A stretch of DNA of 64,000 nt from Burkholderiaceae bacterium. GTDB lineage: Bacteria; Pseudomonadota; Gammaproteobacteria; Burkholderiales; Burkholderiaceae_E. The notes below the pieces were generated by a model. It searched no databases, had not been told where the DNA came from, and worked only from the letters and a program-made list of their open reading frames with translations. The stretch spans positions 102,189 through 166,188 of the forward strand of contig JAWKYE010000014.1 in the NCBI GenBank assembly GCA_041396665.1, written 5' to 3'. Below, one piece after another: positions 10,663 through 20,501 of the stretch; positions within the stretch are counted from its first letter, which is position 1, and every line of letters starts with the position of its first letter. A program made the translations under genes and the position numbers.

Positions 10663-12258
10663 ATGAGCAACGATCTCGTTCGTCGTCGCCTGATGCAGGC
10701 GGCCGCGGCAGCGGCCGGTGGCGCCATCATGGGCATTCCGATGCAGACCCTCGCCGCAAGGGCCAAGGGCGGCCTCATCGTCATAGGCACCACACAAAAA
10801 CCCCGTCACCTGAACTCCGCCGTGCAATCGGGCATCGCCACGATGTCGCCGGCCGCGCAGTTGTTCGCGTTTCCGCTGCTGATGAACGGCAAGTGGAAAC
10901 CGCAGGGCTACCTGGCCGACAAGTACGAGCTCTCCGACGACGCGCGATCGATCCGCCTGCACCTGCGCGAGGGCGCCACGTTCCACGACGGCCGCCCGAT
11001 CACGTCCGCCGACTTCCAGTTCTCGTTCGAGGCGGTGCGCGCGCACCATCCGTTCAAGTCGATGATGGGGCCGGTGCGCGCCGTCACGCTGGACGGACCC
11101 CAGGTCGCGGTCGTGCGTCTCGAGGCACCGCACCCGGCGCTGCTGCTGGCGATGTCGACCTCGTTCATGCCGATCATCCCCAAGCACATCTTCGATGACG
11201 GCCAGGACCTGAAAAGCCACCCACGCAATGCCGACCCGGTCGGCTCGGGTCCGTTCAAGCTGGTCGAATTCAAGCCGGGCCAGCACATCATCATGGACCG
11301 CTACGAAGATTTCTTCATCAAGGACCAGCCGGCCATCGATCGGTTGATCATCAAGGAATTTCGCGACCCTTCCAGCCTGGTGTTGGCGCTCGAGAAGGGC
11401 GAGGTCGACGTACACCCGCAATTGCTCGACCCGCGCGAGATCAAGCGGGCGCAGGCCAACTCGAATCTCTTCATCGAAAAAGGCCACGCCCCCGCGATCG
11501 GCCCGTTGAACTGGCTGGCCTTCAACACGGCCAGCCCCAAGTTGTCGGACAAGCGGGTGCGCCAGGCGATCAACTTCGCGATCGACAAGAAGTTCATCAC
11601 TGACACCCTGTTCGACGGCATCCACCAACGCGCGACCGGGCCGATCGCCAATGGCAGCCCGTTTCACAGTGACAAGGTCGAGCACTACAACCTGGACCTT
11701 GCCAAATCCGCGGCGCTGCTCGATGCCGCCGGGTTGAAGCCCGATGCCGGGGGCAAACGGCTCGAGTTGCAGATCGACACGATTCCCGGCAGCCCGGCCC
11801 TCAAGACCTTGCAGGAATACGTGAAGGCGGCGCTGGCCAAGGTCGGCATCGAGGTCAGCCTGCGCCAGTCGCCGGACTTCCCCACCTGGGCCAAGCGGGT
11901 GTCGTCGCACGACTTCGAGATGACCGTCGACTCGGTCTGGAACTGGGGTGACCCGGTGATCGGCGTGCACCGCACCTACGATTCGACCAACATCCGCAAG
12001 GGCGTGATCTGGTCCAACACCCAGAGCTACAGCAACCCACGGGTCGACGAGCTGATGACCAAGGCGGCAACCGAACCCGACGAGGGCAAGCGCAAGAAAC
12101 TGTACGCCGAGATGCAGAAGATCGTCGTCGACGACTGTCCACAGGCCTTCCTGATCGAGAACACCTTCCACGCCGGCTGGAACAAGCGGGTCAGCGGCCC
12201 GACCGACAGCATCTGGGGGGTGATGGCCCCGCTGGCGAAGAACTCGGTCAAGACCTGA
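10663..12258 (+). CDS. ABC transporter substrate-binding protein, family 5 (peptide/nickel/opine type)
   Basis: 531 aa with a twin-arginine signal (RRRLMQAAAAAAGG). SBP_bac_5-like sequence throughout. GGAGG ribosome-binding site 7 nt upstream of the ATG. Confidence 0.9.
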   Translation: MSNDLVRRRLMQAAAAAAGGAIMGIPMQTLAARAKGGLIVIGTTQKPRHLNSAVQSGIATMSPAAQLFAFPLLMNGKWKPQGYLADKYELSDDARSIRLHLREGATFHDGRPITSADFQFSFEAVRAHHPFKSMMGPVRAVTLDGPQVAVVRLEAPHPALLLAMSTSFMPIIPKHIFDDGQDLKSHPRNADPVGSGPFKLVEFKPGQHIIMDRYEDFFIKDQPAIDRLIIKEFRDPSSLVLALEKGEVDVHPQLLDPREIKRAQANSNLFIEKGHAPAIGPLNWLAFNTASPKLSDKRVRQAINFAIDKKFITDTLFDGIHQRATGPIANGSPFHSDKVEHYNLDLAKSAALLDAAGLKPDAGGKRLELQIDTIPGSPALKTLQEYVKAALAKVGIEVSLRQSPDFPTWAKRVSSHDFEMTVDSVWNWGDPVIGVHRTYDSTNIRKGVIWSNTQSYSNPRVDELMTKAATEPDEGKRKKLYAEMQKIVVDDCPQAFLIENTFHAGWNKRVSGPTDSIWGVMAPLAKNSVKT

Positions 12259-12265
12259 GCCGCCG

Positions 12266-12297
12266 CCGGGCTGGCTGAATCGATCCAGCCAACCCGG
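12266..12297 (+). other. Intercistronic stem-loop between the SBP and permease genes
   Basis: CCGGGCTGGCTG-aatcgat-CCAGCCAACCCGG. About a 12-bp stem with one bulge/mismatch and a 7-nt loop, 8 nt after the stop codon. Confidence 0.4.
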
Positions 12298-12314
12298 TCT
12301 TCGGTGCCCAGACC

Positions 12315-13289
12315 ATGTCTGTCCTCAAGCTGATCCTCGAACGGCGCGCCGACGCGGCGCTGATGGTGTTCGCCGTGCTGGCGATCTACTTTGCGCTGTT
12401 CCATGCCGCACCCGGCGACCCGGCGATGGTGATCGCCGGCGAGATGGGCGGCGCCGACGAGGCGGTGCTCAACCAGATCCGCGAGAACTTCGGCCTCAAC
12501 AAGCCCATTCACGAGCAGTTCACGATCTACATGGGCCGGGCGCTGCAGGGCGACCTGGGCCAGAGCTACCTGTACAGCCAGCCGGTGCTGGACCTGATCA
12601 CCGAGCGCCTGGGGCCGACGATCCTGCTGGTGCTGACCGCGCTGGTGTTTGCCATTGTCATCGGCACCCTGATGGGGGTGTTCGCCTCGCGCCGCCCCGA
12701 CAGCATCCGCAGCGGCGTCGTGACGATCTTCTCGCTGGTCGGCTACGCGATGCCGGTGTTCTGGACCGGCATCCTGCTGGTCATCCTGTTCGGCAAGGTC
12801 TGGCCGATCATGCCGATCTCGGGCATGACAGACCCCCGGCTATACGGCGGTTTCTGGGAGACCACGCTCGATGTCGCCCACCACCTGGTGCTGCCCGCGT
12901 TCACCCTCGCGCTGATCTACCTGGCGCTGTACAGCCGGCTGTCGCGGGCCAGCATGCTCGAGGTACTGGGCTCCGATTACATCCGCACGGCGCGCGCCAA
13001 GGGCCTGTCGGAAAACGTCGTCACCTACAAGCATGCGTTGCGTAATGCGATGATGCCCATCGTGACGATGGCCGGCCTGCAGTTCGGCAACCTGCTGTCG
13101 GGCGCGGTGCTGGTCGAAACCGTTTACTCGTGGCCCGGACTGGGCACGCTGGCGCTCGACTCCATCCTCGGGCGCGACTACCCGACCTTGCTGGGCGTGC
13201 TCACCTTCGGCGCGATCCTGACCATCATCGCCAACCAGCTGACCGACCTGAGCTATCGGTTCATCGACCCACGGCTGCGCATCCGATGA
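12315..13289 (+). CDS. ABC transporter permease (DppB/OppB-like)
   Basis: 324 aa, intact. BPD_transp_1 signature region …YIRTARAKGLSE…. Confidence 0.9.
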   Translation: MSVLKLILERRADAALMVFAVLAIYFALFHAAPGDPAMVIAGEMGGADEAVLNQIRENFGLNKPIHEQFTIYMGRALQGDLGQSYLYSQPVLDLITERLGPTILLVLTALVFAIVIGTLMGVFASRRPDSIRSGVVTIFSLVGYAMPVFWTGILLVILFGKVWPIMPISGMTDPRLYGGFWETTLDVAHHLVLPAFTLALIYLALYSRLSRASMLEVLGSDYIRTARAKGLSENVVTYKHALRNAMMPIVTMAGLQFGNLLSGAVLVETVYSWPGLGTLALDSILGRDYPTLLGVLTFGAILTIIANQLTDLSYRFIDPRLRIR

Positions 13290-14191
13290 GTGCCAACGCC
13301 CCCCCTGTCAGCAACCTGTCCGATGCGCAGGCCCGGGCCATCGAGGTGTTGTCGCCGTCGCGCGAGGCATGGCGGGTGTTTCGCAGCAACAAGGCGGCGA
13401 TGGTCGGGCTGGTCATCCTCGGTTTCGTCGTACTCGTGATGGCGATCGGCCCCGGCCTGTACGGGGTCGACCCGTTCGCGATCGTCGCCGACCCGTTCAC
13501 CGGGCCGTTCGAGAACCCGGTGGTGTGGCTGGGCACCGACTACCTGGGCCGCGACATCCTGTCGGGCATGGTGGCCGGCGGCCGCGGCACGGTGATCGTC
13601 GGCCTGTCGGCAGCGCTGATCACGGTGTTGATCGGCGTCACCATCGGTTCGGTGGCCGGCTTTTTCGGCGGCTGGGTCGACGAGGTGCTGATGCGCATCA
13701 CCGAGTTCTTCCAGGTGCTGCCCTCGCTGTTGCTCGCGATGGTGCTGGTGACCCTGTTCTCGCCGTCGCTGCTGGTGGTGACGATCGCGATCGGCTCGGT
13801 CAGCTGGCCCGGCACCGCCCGCCTGGCACGGGCCGAATTCATGCGCCTGCGCAAGCTCGAGTATGTCAGTGCGGCCCGCGCGATGGGCGCCGGCAATACG
13901 CGGCTGATCCTTGGCGAGATTCTGCCCAACGCGCTGCCGCCGCTGATCGTGTCGGCCACGCTGATCATCGGCGTCGCCATCCTGTTCGAGGCCGGGCTGA
14001 GCTTTCTGGGCCTGTCCGATCCCAATGTCATGACCTGGGGTCAGATGATCGGCAACAACCGCCAGTACGTGCTCGATGCCTGGTGGGCGGTCACCTTTCC
14101 GGGGATCGGCATCTTTCTCACCGTGCTGGCGGTCAGCCTGATCGGCGATGGCCTGAACGATGCGTTCAATCCCAAACTGCACCAGCGCTGA
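13286..14191 (+). CDS. ABC transporter permease (DppC/OppC-like)
   Basis: The ATG overlaps the upstream stop (ATGA). MSANAPPVSN… with an N-terminal TM segment and a permease core. Confidence 0.85.
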   Translation: MSANAPPVSNLSDAQARAIEVLSPSREAWRVFRSNKAAMVGLVILGFVVLVMAIGPGLYGVDPFAIVADPFTGPFENPVVWLGTDYLGRDILSGMVAGGRGTVIVGLSAALITVLIGVTIGSVAGFFGGWVDEVLMRITEFFQVLPSLLLAMVLVTLFSPSLLVVTIAIGSVSWPGTARLARAEFMRLRKLEYVSAARAMGAGNTRLILGEILPNALPPLIVSATLIIGVAILFEAGLSFLGLSDPNVMTWGQMIGNNRQYVLDAWWAVTFPGIGIFLTVLAVSLIGDGLNDAFNPKLHQR

Positions 14192-14194
14192 CCG

Positions 14195-15211
14195 ATGCCG
14201 CCCGATCCGATGAGCGCCCCCCCTGCCCCGGCCGCCGAACCGCCGCTGCTCGACGTGCGCGACCTGTGCGTCGAGTTCCAGACCCGGCGGGGCACCGCGC
14301 ACGTGCTCGAATCGGTGTCGTTCCAGTTGCGCCGCGGCGAGACGCTGGGCATCGTCGGCGAGTCCGGCTGTGGCAAGAGCATCACCGCGATGAGCATCAT
14401 GCGCCTGATCCCGGTGCCGCCCGGGCGGATCAGTGCCGGCCAGGTGTTGTTCGATGGCGCCGACCTGCTGCAGTTGGACGATGCGAGGATGCGCGAGATC
14501 CGCGGCAACCGGATCTCGATGATCTTCCAGGAACCCATGACCTCGCTCAACCCGGTGTTCACCGTCGGCGACCAGATCGCCGAGGCCGTGCAATTGCACC
14601 AGAGAACCGATGCCCGGGCGGCGCGCGAGCGCGCGATCGAGATGCTCGGGTCGGTCGGGATCCCGTCACCCGCCACCCGGGTCGACGAATATCCGCACCA
14701 GTTCTCGGGCGGCATGCGCCAGCGGGTGATGATCGCGATGGCGCTGGCCTGCGATCCCGACCTGCTGATCGCCGACGAGCCGACCACCGCACTGGACGTG
14801 ACCGTGCAGGCGCAGATCTTCGACCTGATCGGCGATTTGCGCGAGCGCACCGGCACCGCGGTGATCCTGATCACCCACGACATGGGCGCGGTGGCCGAGA
14901 TGACCGACCGGGTCGCCGTCATGTACGCCGGGCGCATCGTCGAGGAAGGCACCTGCGCCGACGTCATCGAGGCCCCGCTGCACCCTTATACCCGCGGGCT
15001 GATCGCCTGCTCGCCGGGCCGGCGCACGACGGCGGTGGGCGAACCGCTGGCCGAGATCCCCGGCACCGTGCCCTCGCTGCTCGAGCGCACTGGTGGCTGC
15101 GCGTTCGCCGATCGCTGTGCCGACGTGCAGCCGCGCTGCCACGACGGCCTGCCCGGTTACACGGTGCAGGCCAACGGCCACCGTGTCCTTTGCTGGCTGC
15201 ACCATGACTGA
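14195..15211 (+). CDS. ABC transporter ATP-binding protein (DppD/OppD-like)
   Basis: Walker A GESGCGKS, signature FSGGMRQR, Walker B LLIADEPTTALD, and an oligopeptide C-terminal extension. Confidence 0.9.
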   Translation: MPPDPMSAPPAPAAEPPLLDVRDLCVEFQTRRGTAHVLESVSFQLRRGETLGIVGESGCGKSITAMSIMRLIPVPPGRISAGQVLFDGADLLQLDDARMREIRGNRISMIFQEPMTSLNPVFTVGDQIAEAVQLHQRTDARAARERAIEMLGSVGIPSPATRVDEYPHQFSGGMRQRVMIAMALACDPDLLIADEPTTALDVTVQAQIFDLIGDLRERTGTAVILITHDMGAVAEMTDRVAVMYAGRIVEEGTCADVIEAPLHPYTRGLIACSPGRRTTAVGEPLAEIPGTVPSLLERTGGCAFADRCADVQPRCHDGLPGYTVQANGHRVLCWLHHD

Positions 15212-16244
15212 CCCGGCCAACCCGTCCTCCCCGGTCACCGCGCCGGACACGCTGCTGTCGGTGCGTGACCTCAAGGTGCACTTCCCGCTGGGCAGCTCGC
15301 TGTTGCGGGCCGCCCGCCATGTCAGGGCGGTCGATGGCATCAGCTTCGATGTCCCCCGCGGCACCACCTTCGGCATCGTCGGCGAGAGCGGTTCGGGCAA
15401 GAGCACGACCGCGCTCGCGGTGATGCGCCTGGCGCGGATCACCGCCGGCAGCATCCACCTGGGCGGCACCGACATCTCGCGTGCCGCGGGCGAGGCGCTG
15501 CGCCGCGAACGACGACGCTTCCAGATGGTGTTCCAGGACCCGTACGCCTCCCTCAATCCACGCAAGCGCGCCGGCGACTCGATCCGCGAGGCGCTGGACC
15601 TGATGGATGTCGGGGACCCCGCCGGTCGCGCCGACCGCGCGCGCGAACTGTTCCTGCAGACCGGCCTGCGGCCCGAGCAGCTGATGCTGTTCCCGCACCA
15701 GTTCTCGGGCGGCCAGCGCCAGCGCATCGTGCTCGCCCGCGCGCTGGCCGCAAACCCCGAACTCGTGGTCTGCGACGAACCGGTCTCGGCACTGGACGTG
15801 GCGATCCAGGCGCAGATCCTGAACCTGATGAAGGGCCTGCAACGCGAGTTCGCGCTGACCTACCTGTTCATCTCGCACGACCTCGGGGTCGTGCGTCACA
15901 TGTGCGACAACGTCGCGGTGATGTACCTGGGCCGCATCGCCGAAATGGCGCCCCGCGAGCGCCTGTTCGATCAACCGCTGCATCCGTACACGCTGGCGCT
16001 GTGGTCGGCCGCGCCGTCATTCGATCCGCGCAAGCGCGGCCGTGCCAAGCGCGTGCGTCTGCAGGGCGATCCGCCCAGCCCGATCGACATCAGGCCCGGC
16101 TGCCGTTTCGCCGGGCGCTGCCCGTTCGCCGAGGATCGCTGCCGCGCCGAGGACCCGGCACTGCGCACGATCGCGCCCGGGCACCAGGTGGCCTGCCACC
16201 GCGTGTCCGATGCCGGCGAGCCGCAGTATCCCGCGTTCGCCTGA
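15204..16244 (+). CDS. ABC transporter ATP-binding protein (DppF/OppF-like)
   Basis: The ATG overlaps the dppD-like stop (ATGACTGA). GESGSGKST, FSGGQRQR, LVVCDEPVSALD. Confidence 0.9.
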   Translation: MTDPANPSSPVTAPDTLLSVRDLKVHFPLGSSLLRAARHVRAVDGISFDVPRGTTFGIVGESGSGKSTTALAVMRLARITAGSIHLGGTDISRAAGEALRRERRRFQMVFQDPYASLNPRKRAGDSIREALDLMDVGDPAGRADRARELFLQTGLRPEQLMLFPHQFSGGQRQRIVLARALAANPELVVCDEPVSALDVAIQAQILNLMKGLQREFALTYLFISHDLGVVRHMCDNVAVMYLGRIAEMAPRERLFDQPLHPYTLALWSAAPSFDPRKRGRAKRVRLQGDPPSPIDIRPGCRFAGRCPFAEDRCRAEDPALRTIAPGHQVACHRVSDAGEPQYPAFA

Positions 16245-16266
16245 CACTGGCTCCGGTCCCCCGACC

Positions 16267-16743
16267 ATGTCTGCGCCCGTGAGCCCGCTTTCGGCCCTGC
16301 TGGTCGGCCTGCAGTTCGGCCTGTTGGCGCTGCTCGCCTGGCCTGTCGGGCCGATCCGGCTCGACGCCTGGGCCGGCCTGGGCTGGCTGCTCGTGGCCCT
16401 GGCGATCGCTCTGGGCATCTGGGCGATCGTGGCGATGCGCCTGGACACCTTCAGCGTGATGCCCGAACCCGCGCCACGGGGACGCCTCTGTACGCGCGGA
16501 CCCTACGGCTCGATCCGCCACCCGATGTACAGCGCGGTGCTGCTGGCCGGCCTGGGCGCCAACCTCGTGCACGGCACGCGCTGGCAGTGGATCGGCCTGC
16601 TCGCACTGGCGATCGTGCTGGTGCTCAAGATCCGTCGCGAGGAAAACCTGCTGCGCCAGCGGTTTGCCGACTACGATGCCTACGGCCGACGCACGGGCGC
16701 CTTGCTCCCAAACCTCTTCGGACCCCGCGGTCCGTCGTCTTGA
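16267..16743 (+). CDS. Isoprenylcysteine carboxyl methyltransferase (ICMT/PEMT) family membrane methyltransferase
   Basis: 158 aa and multi-TM. Contains the RHPMY…EE..L family motif (SIRHPMYSAVLLAGLG…IRREENLLRQRF). Confidence 0.7.
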   Translation: MSAPVSPLSALLVGLQFGLLALLAWPVGPIRLDAWAGLGWLLVALAIALGIWAIVAMRLDTFSVMPEPAPRGRLCTRGPYGSIRHPMYSAVLLAGLGANLVHGTRWQWIGLLALAIVLVLKIRREENLLRQRFADYDAYGRRTGALLPNLFGPRGPSS

Positions 16744-16924
16744 CGCAGCCCGGTTCACCGACTCTGCCGATTGATCGCCTGGGCGGCATACCCGAAGGCA
16801 GGTCCTTTGACGGTTTCGAGAGCAAGCGTTCAAGCAACGCCCCGAATCATCGTAAGTGGCCATTGATCCAGGCCCTGAGAACCGCCTGCCGACCAAGCGC
16901 TGGAGCGCGACTGCCACTTGCAGA

Positions 16925-17857
16925 TCAGCTCAGCAGTGTGATCTCGTTGAGACAGGGTCGTGCGCCGTCGCGTCCAAAGGTCGCCCGGAATTTCGATGCC
17001 TGGGCAAACGGCGTGCGGCCTGACAGGATCGCTGCATCGATCGCCAGAAAGACGATGCTTTGCGGATCCTGCGCGACGACCTTGGTCAGTTGCAGTTTGC
17101 GCTGCTTATAGTCCGCGCCTTTGCCAACCAAGGTGTTGCGCATGAACGGACCTGAATAGAGCTCCCGCATCGATGGACAGAGCGTTGCCAGGTAACTATC
17201 GATATACCCGTTTCGCAGGTCGTGGAACGCGTCCCTGGCGATCTGTTCGACGGGCTGGCCCGATGCCGTTTGAGCCAGTTTTTCAGACTGCTGCTTTTCG
17301 ATCAGACCGTCAAGGCGGACACTCTCTTGGGTTTGCTGTTCAAGTCGGGTCTGACATGAGCTCTCATTCGCGCACGCCTGCTCGGCCAGCGCCATGCATT
17401 CGGATTCGACCCGGCCTGCGACCTTTGCGGTGCCCGGACTGACGATTGCCACGGATCGTTCATTGGCTATGCACGCACGCACCAGTGCCTCATCGGTGGA
17501 AAGAGGTTCCTGCAGTTCGGTTAGTTCGACAGAGATCTTGCGGACCCGGTCAGGCCCGCGAACACCGCTTCCGTCGATCCGGGCGCCAGGTCGCCACCAT
17601 GCCACCGCGATGCTGGAACCACGCTGCGAAGGGGCGATGCGCAACCTGCGCGATTCGCGATCCTGGAGCCGGTTGGAGGGCGTGCTCAGCGGTATCCAGG
17701 CGACGGGCTCATTGAGCGGCTGGACATGAACATCGGCTCCCGTGCGGTTCTCGATGAGCAGATGCGCGCCCGCGACATGAACCCGTAGGTCTTCGGTCGG
17801 CTCACGGCCGCAACCGATGAGCCAGAGGCTTAGCATCACCATCAGGAGTCGCTTCAT
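16925..17857 (-). CDS. Hypothetical lipoprotein (no recognisable domain)
   Basis: MKRLLMVMLSLWLIGCG lipobox signal peptide. An alternative upstream ATG lies at 17875. Local GC is about 57% against about 70% in the flanks. Confidence 0.55.
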   Translation of the reverse strand: MKRLLMVMLSLWLIGCGREPTEDLRVHVAGAHLLIENRTGADVHVQPLNEPVAWIPLSTPSNRLQDRESRRLRIAPSQRGSSIAVAWWRPGARIDGSGVRGPDRVRKISVELTELQEPLSTDEALVRACIANERSVAIVSPGTAKVAGRVESECMALAEQACANESSCQTRLEQQTQESVRLDGLIEKQQSEKLAQTASGQPVEQIARDAFHDLRNGYIDSYLATLCPSMRELYSGPFMRNTLVGKGADYKQRKLQLTKVVAQDPQSIVFLAIDAAILSGRTPFAQASKFRATFGRDGARPCLNEITLLS

Positions 17858-17871
17858 GTTTGTCGACCCAG

Positions 17872-18495
17872 TCATTTTCGGGTGCCGCCAAAGCCCGAGA
17901 TGCAGGAACTGCCGTCAGGCTGCCTGCCTATCCCCACCGAAAAGGCCATGGGATCGGACACCCTTTGAACACCCGCAGGACCATTCTGACGACGAGTCGC
18001 CGCAAAGAGCACTCCGGAGCGCTGATGCCTGATGACCTCGCCGATCTCGACCCATTGCCTGGCCAGGGCATCAGCCGACTTTTTCAATTGACCTGTCATA
18101 CCCGGCTGCAGATAACCCGAGTTGGCGCATAGCCAGGATTCAAACCGTGAAAGATCTGTCACCAGCAATCGAAACGCTTCCCGCGCGAATGCCTCGCGTG
18201 CCTGCGGTCCGGCGTCAAAGGCGGGTCTGCCCGGTGCGGCCGAACTGACAGCCTGTTTGGGCTGCGACTGACCGGAAAATACAGAAGATTCCGGCGGGGT
18301 TTCCGCGCGCCGGTCCGCCGCCGGCGTTTCCGGTCGCGACGCCCCGGATTCGCGTGGCGGACCGACAGGGGGCCGGTCGGCATCACACGCTTGAGCCTGA
18401 TAAGTCACCTGTCCGTCGACAACACACTTGTAAACACCAGCGTGCGCCGGCACGAGCAATCCGGTCAGCAGTGACGCAACAAAGAAATTCTTCAT
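17872..18495 (-). CDS. DUF4124-domain secreted protein
   Basis: Signal peptide MKNFFVASLLTGLLVPAHA followed by GVYKCVVDGQVTYQAQAC (DUF4124-like). The remainder is Pro/Ala-rich. Lower GC. Confidence 0.65.
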   Translation of the reverse strand: MKNFFVASLLTGLLVPAHAGVYKCVVDGQVTYQAQACDADRPPVGPPRESGASRPETPAADRRAETPPESSVFSGQSQPKQAVSSAAPGRPAFDAGPQAREAFAREAFRLLVTDLSRFESWLCANSGYLQPGMTGQLKKSADALARQWVEIGEVIRHQRSGVLFAATRRQNGPAGVQRVSDPMAFSVGIGRQPDGSSCISGFGGTRK

Positions 18496-18782
18496 GAGTC
18501 CTCGGGCGAATCAGGGTGCCTCAGCGCCGGCCGGGAACGCGGCGCATGATGCTTGCGTGGCGAACGACGGTCGCAGTCTGTCATCACCGATCGATGACAT
18601 CAATCACCCGACACCAGCCAGTCGACAAGTGGTCGTTGGCTCGAATCGGGCGGCGCCGACCAAGCCATCTGCCAGGCCAGGCACATCGACCGATTCGTGG
18701 CGCCTGCTGACGCTTGGTCGGTGCGGTCAGCATCGGCATCGTCGGGCATACTTTGGGTTTTGCTATCAGGCATGCATGAGCC

Positions 18783-19436
18783 ATGCGTCAGATCGAGTGT
18801 TTCTACGACTGCTCCAGCCCCTGGACCTACCTTTGCGTACACAACCTGCCGGCGCTGGCCGCGCGCCCCGGCGCCACCATCGTCTGGCGACCATTCCTGG
18901 TGGGCGGGGTGTTCAATGCAGTCAATCCCAGCGTCTACCAGTCGCGCCAGACACCGGTGCCGGCCAAGGCGGCCTATCTGGCCAAGAGCATCACCGACTG
19001 GGCTCGGCTGGCCGGCCTGGCGATCCACTTTCCGCCGCCGGTATTCCCGGTGAACAGCGTCAAGGCGATGCGCGCCTGCCTGTGGCTGGACGATCCGGCC
19101 CGCCAGCACCGCTTCGCGTTGGCGGTGTTCGACGCCTATTTCGGGCGCGGGTTGGACATCTCGCAGGACGACGTGCTGCGCGAAGTCTGCGAGCGCACGG
19201 GTGAGGATGCGGACGCCGTGTTTGCCGGCATCGCGCTGCCGGGCATCAAGGATGGGCTGCGGGCCAATACCGACGAACTGATCGCGCGCGGCGGCTTCGG
19301 TTCGCCGACGATGTTCGTCAACGACACCGACATGTATTTTGGCAACGACGCGCTGCCGCTGGTCGAGGCGGCGCTCGCGCGGCTCGGTCAGGCCCCCGTG
19401 CCGCAACGCGTTGCGGGTCACGATCCGCGGGCTTGA
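18783..19436 (+). CDS. 2-hydroxychromene-2-carboxylate isomerase family protein (DsbA-like thioredoxin fold)
   Basis: IECFYDCSSPWTYL N-terminal motif and a C-terminal RGGFGSPTMFV, typical of the HCCA isomerase family. 217 aa. Confidence 0.8.
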   Translation: MRQIECFYDCSSPWTYLCVHNLPALAARPGATIVWRPFLVGGVFNAVNPSVYQSRQTPVPAKAAYLAKSITDWARLAGLAIHFPPPVFPVNSVKAMRACLWLDDPARQHRFALAVFDAYFGRGLDISQDDVLREVCERTGEDADAVFAGIALPGIKDGLRANTDELIARGGFGSPTMFVNDTDMYFGNDALPLVEAALARLGQAPVPQRVAGHDPRA

Positions 19437-20358
19437 CCCACCTCTTCGCGCAGCACCAGGTGCATACCCGTGAGCAGGAAGACCAACGCCGGCCACGCCA
19501 GCGCAGGCACCGCCTCACCGACCAGCAACGTGGCCAGCACGAACGCCGTCACGGGTTCGGCCAGGGTCAGGGTGACGGCCGTCGCCGCCGAGATCAGCCG
19601 CTGCCCGCTGGCGAACAGCAGGTAGGAAACACCGGTTGCCACGACCCCCAGGTAGATCAGCACGGGCCAGGCGATGCTGCCCGGGACGGGCCATCCGACG
19701 AGCCACCAGGCCACCGGCGCCGCGAGCAGGGCCGCTATCGAAAACACCCCGGTGCTCACCTGCAGCGGGCTCGCCGGACCGCCGACCAGTCGCTTGTTCA
19801 ACATCGCGTACGCCGCGTACGCCAGCCCCGCCAGCAGGCAAAGCAACGCGTGCCCGACAGAGACGAGCGCCGACGGACCGACCGGACTGACCAGCAATAC
19901 GCCGCCGGCCACCGCCACCAGGGTGCCCAGCCACCATCGTCCCGAGGGTCGGTGCGAATCGAACAATGCCTGCAGCAGCCCGGCCCAGATCGGTGCGCTG
20001 CCGATCGCCACCGCGGTGCCGACAGCAATGCCGGCGCCGCGCACACCGGCAAAAAGAGCAGGTTGTACGGGGCCATGCTTGCGCCGGCCAGCAGCAGCAA
20101 GCCCCATCTGGCGCGAGGCCCTGGGACGACGGGCGCCGGCCGGCGTGCGCCCAGCAGCGCACCCGCCATCACGAAGCAAAGCGCGGCCACCGCCATCCTC
20201 AGGGTGCCGATCCAGAGCGCCGACAACTCCAGCGAGGCGAACGATTGCGCGGTTCCGGTCGTGCCCCAGAGGATGGCCGCCGCAACCACGAGCAGCGCGC
20301 CGCGCCCCGGCAAGGCACGCCGCGGGACCGACTCGGGGCCGGTGTGAATCAGAGTCAT
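19418..20358 (-). pseudogene. EamA/DMT-family transporter with one frameshift
   Basis: The N-terminal half (MTLIHTGPE…LLVVAAAILWGTTGTAQSF…FVMAGALLGARR) is in the 19798..20490 frame. The C-terminal half (…AVGTAVAIGSAPIWAGLLQALF… to the end) is in the 19418..20179 frame. The switch is near 20050-20070. The 3' end overlaps the convergent isomerase gene by 19 nt. Confidence 0.7.
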
Positions 20359-20501
20359 GACACAGGCTGGCAACGCGCGCGGGAATCGGCCGACCATGTT
20401 ATCAGCGGCCGCTCCCCTGCCGGCCAGCCCATCAACCGGGGTCCTGCCATGACGGATAATGGGGGTTGGCACCCGCCAACCCACGCCCATGGAGACCTGA
20501 C

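Noticed and set aside
20466-20501. An upstream extension of the D-aminoacylase ORF (MAPANPRPWRPD…).
   Set aside because: It initiates at a non-ATG codon and has no ribosome-binding site. The ATG at 20502 has a GGAGA ribosome-binding site, and the family N-terminus begins MLDTLIKGG.
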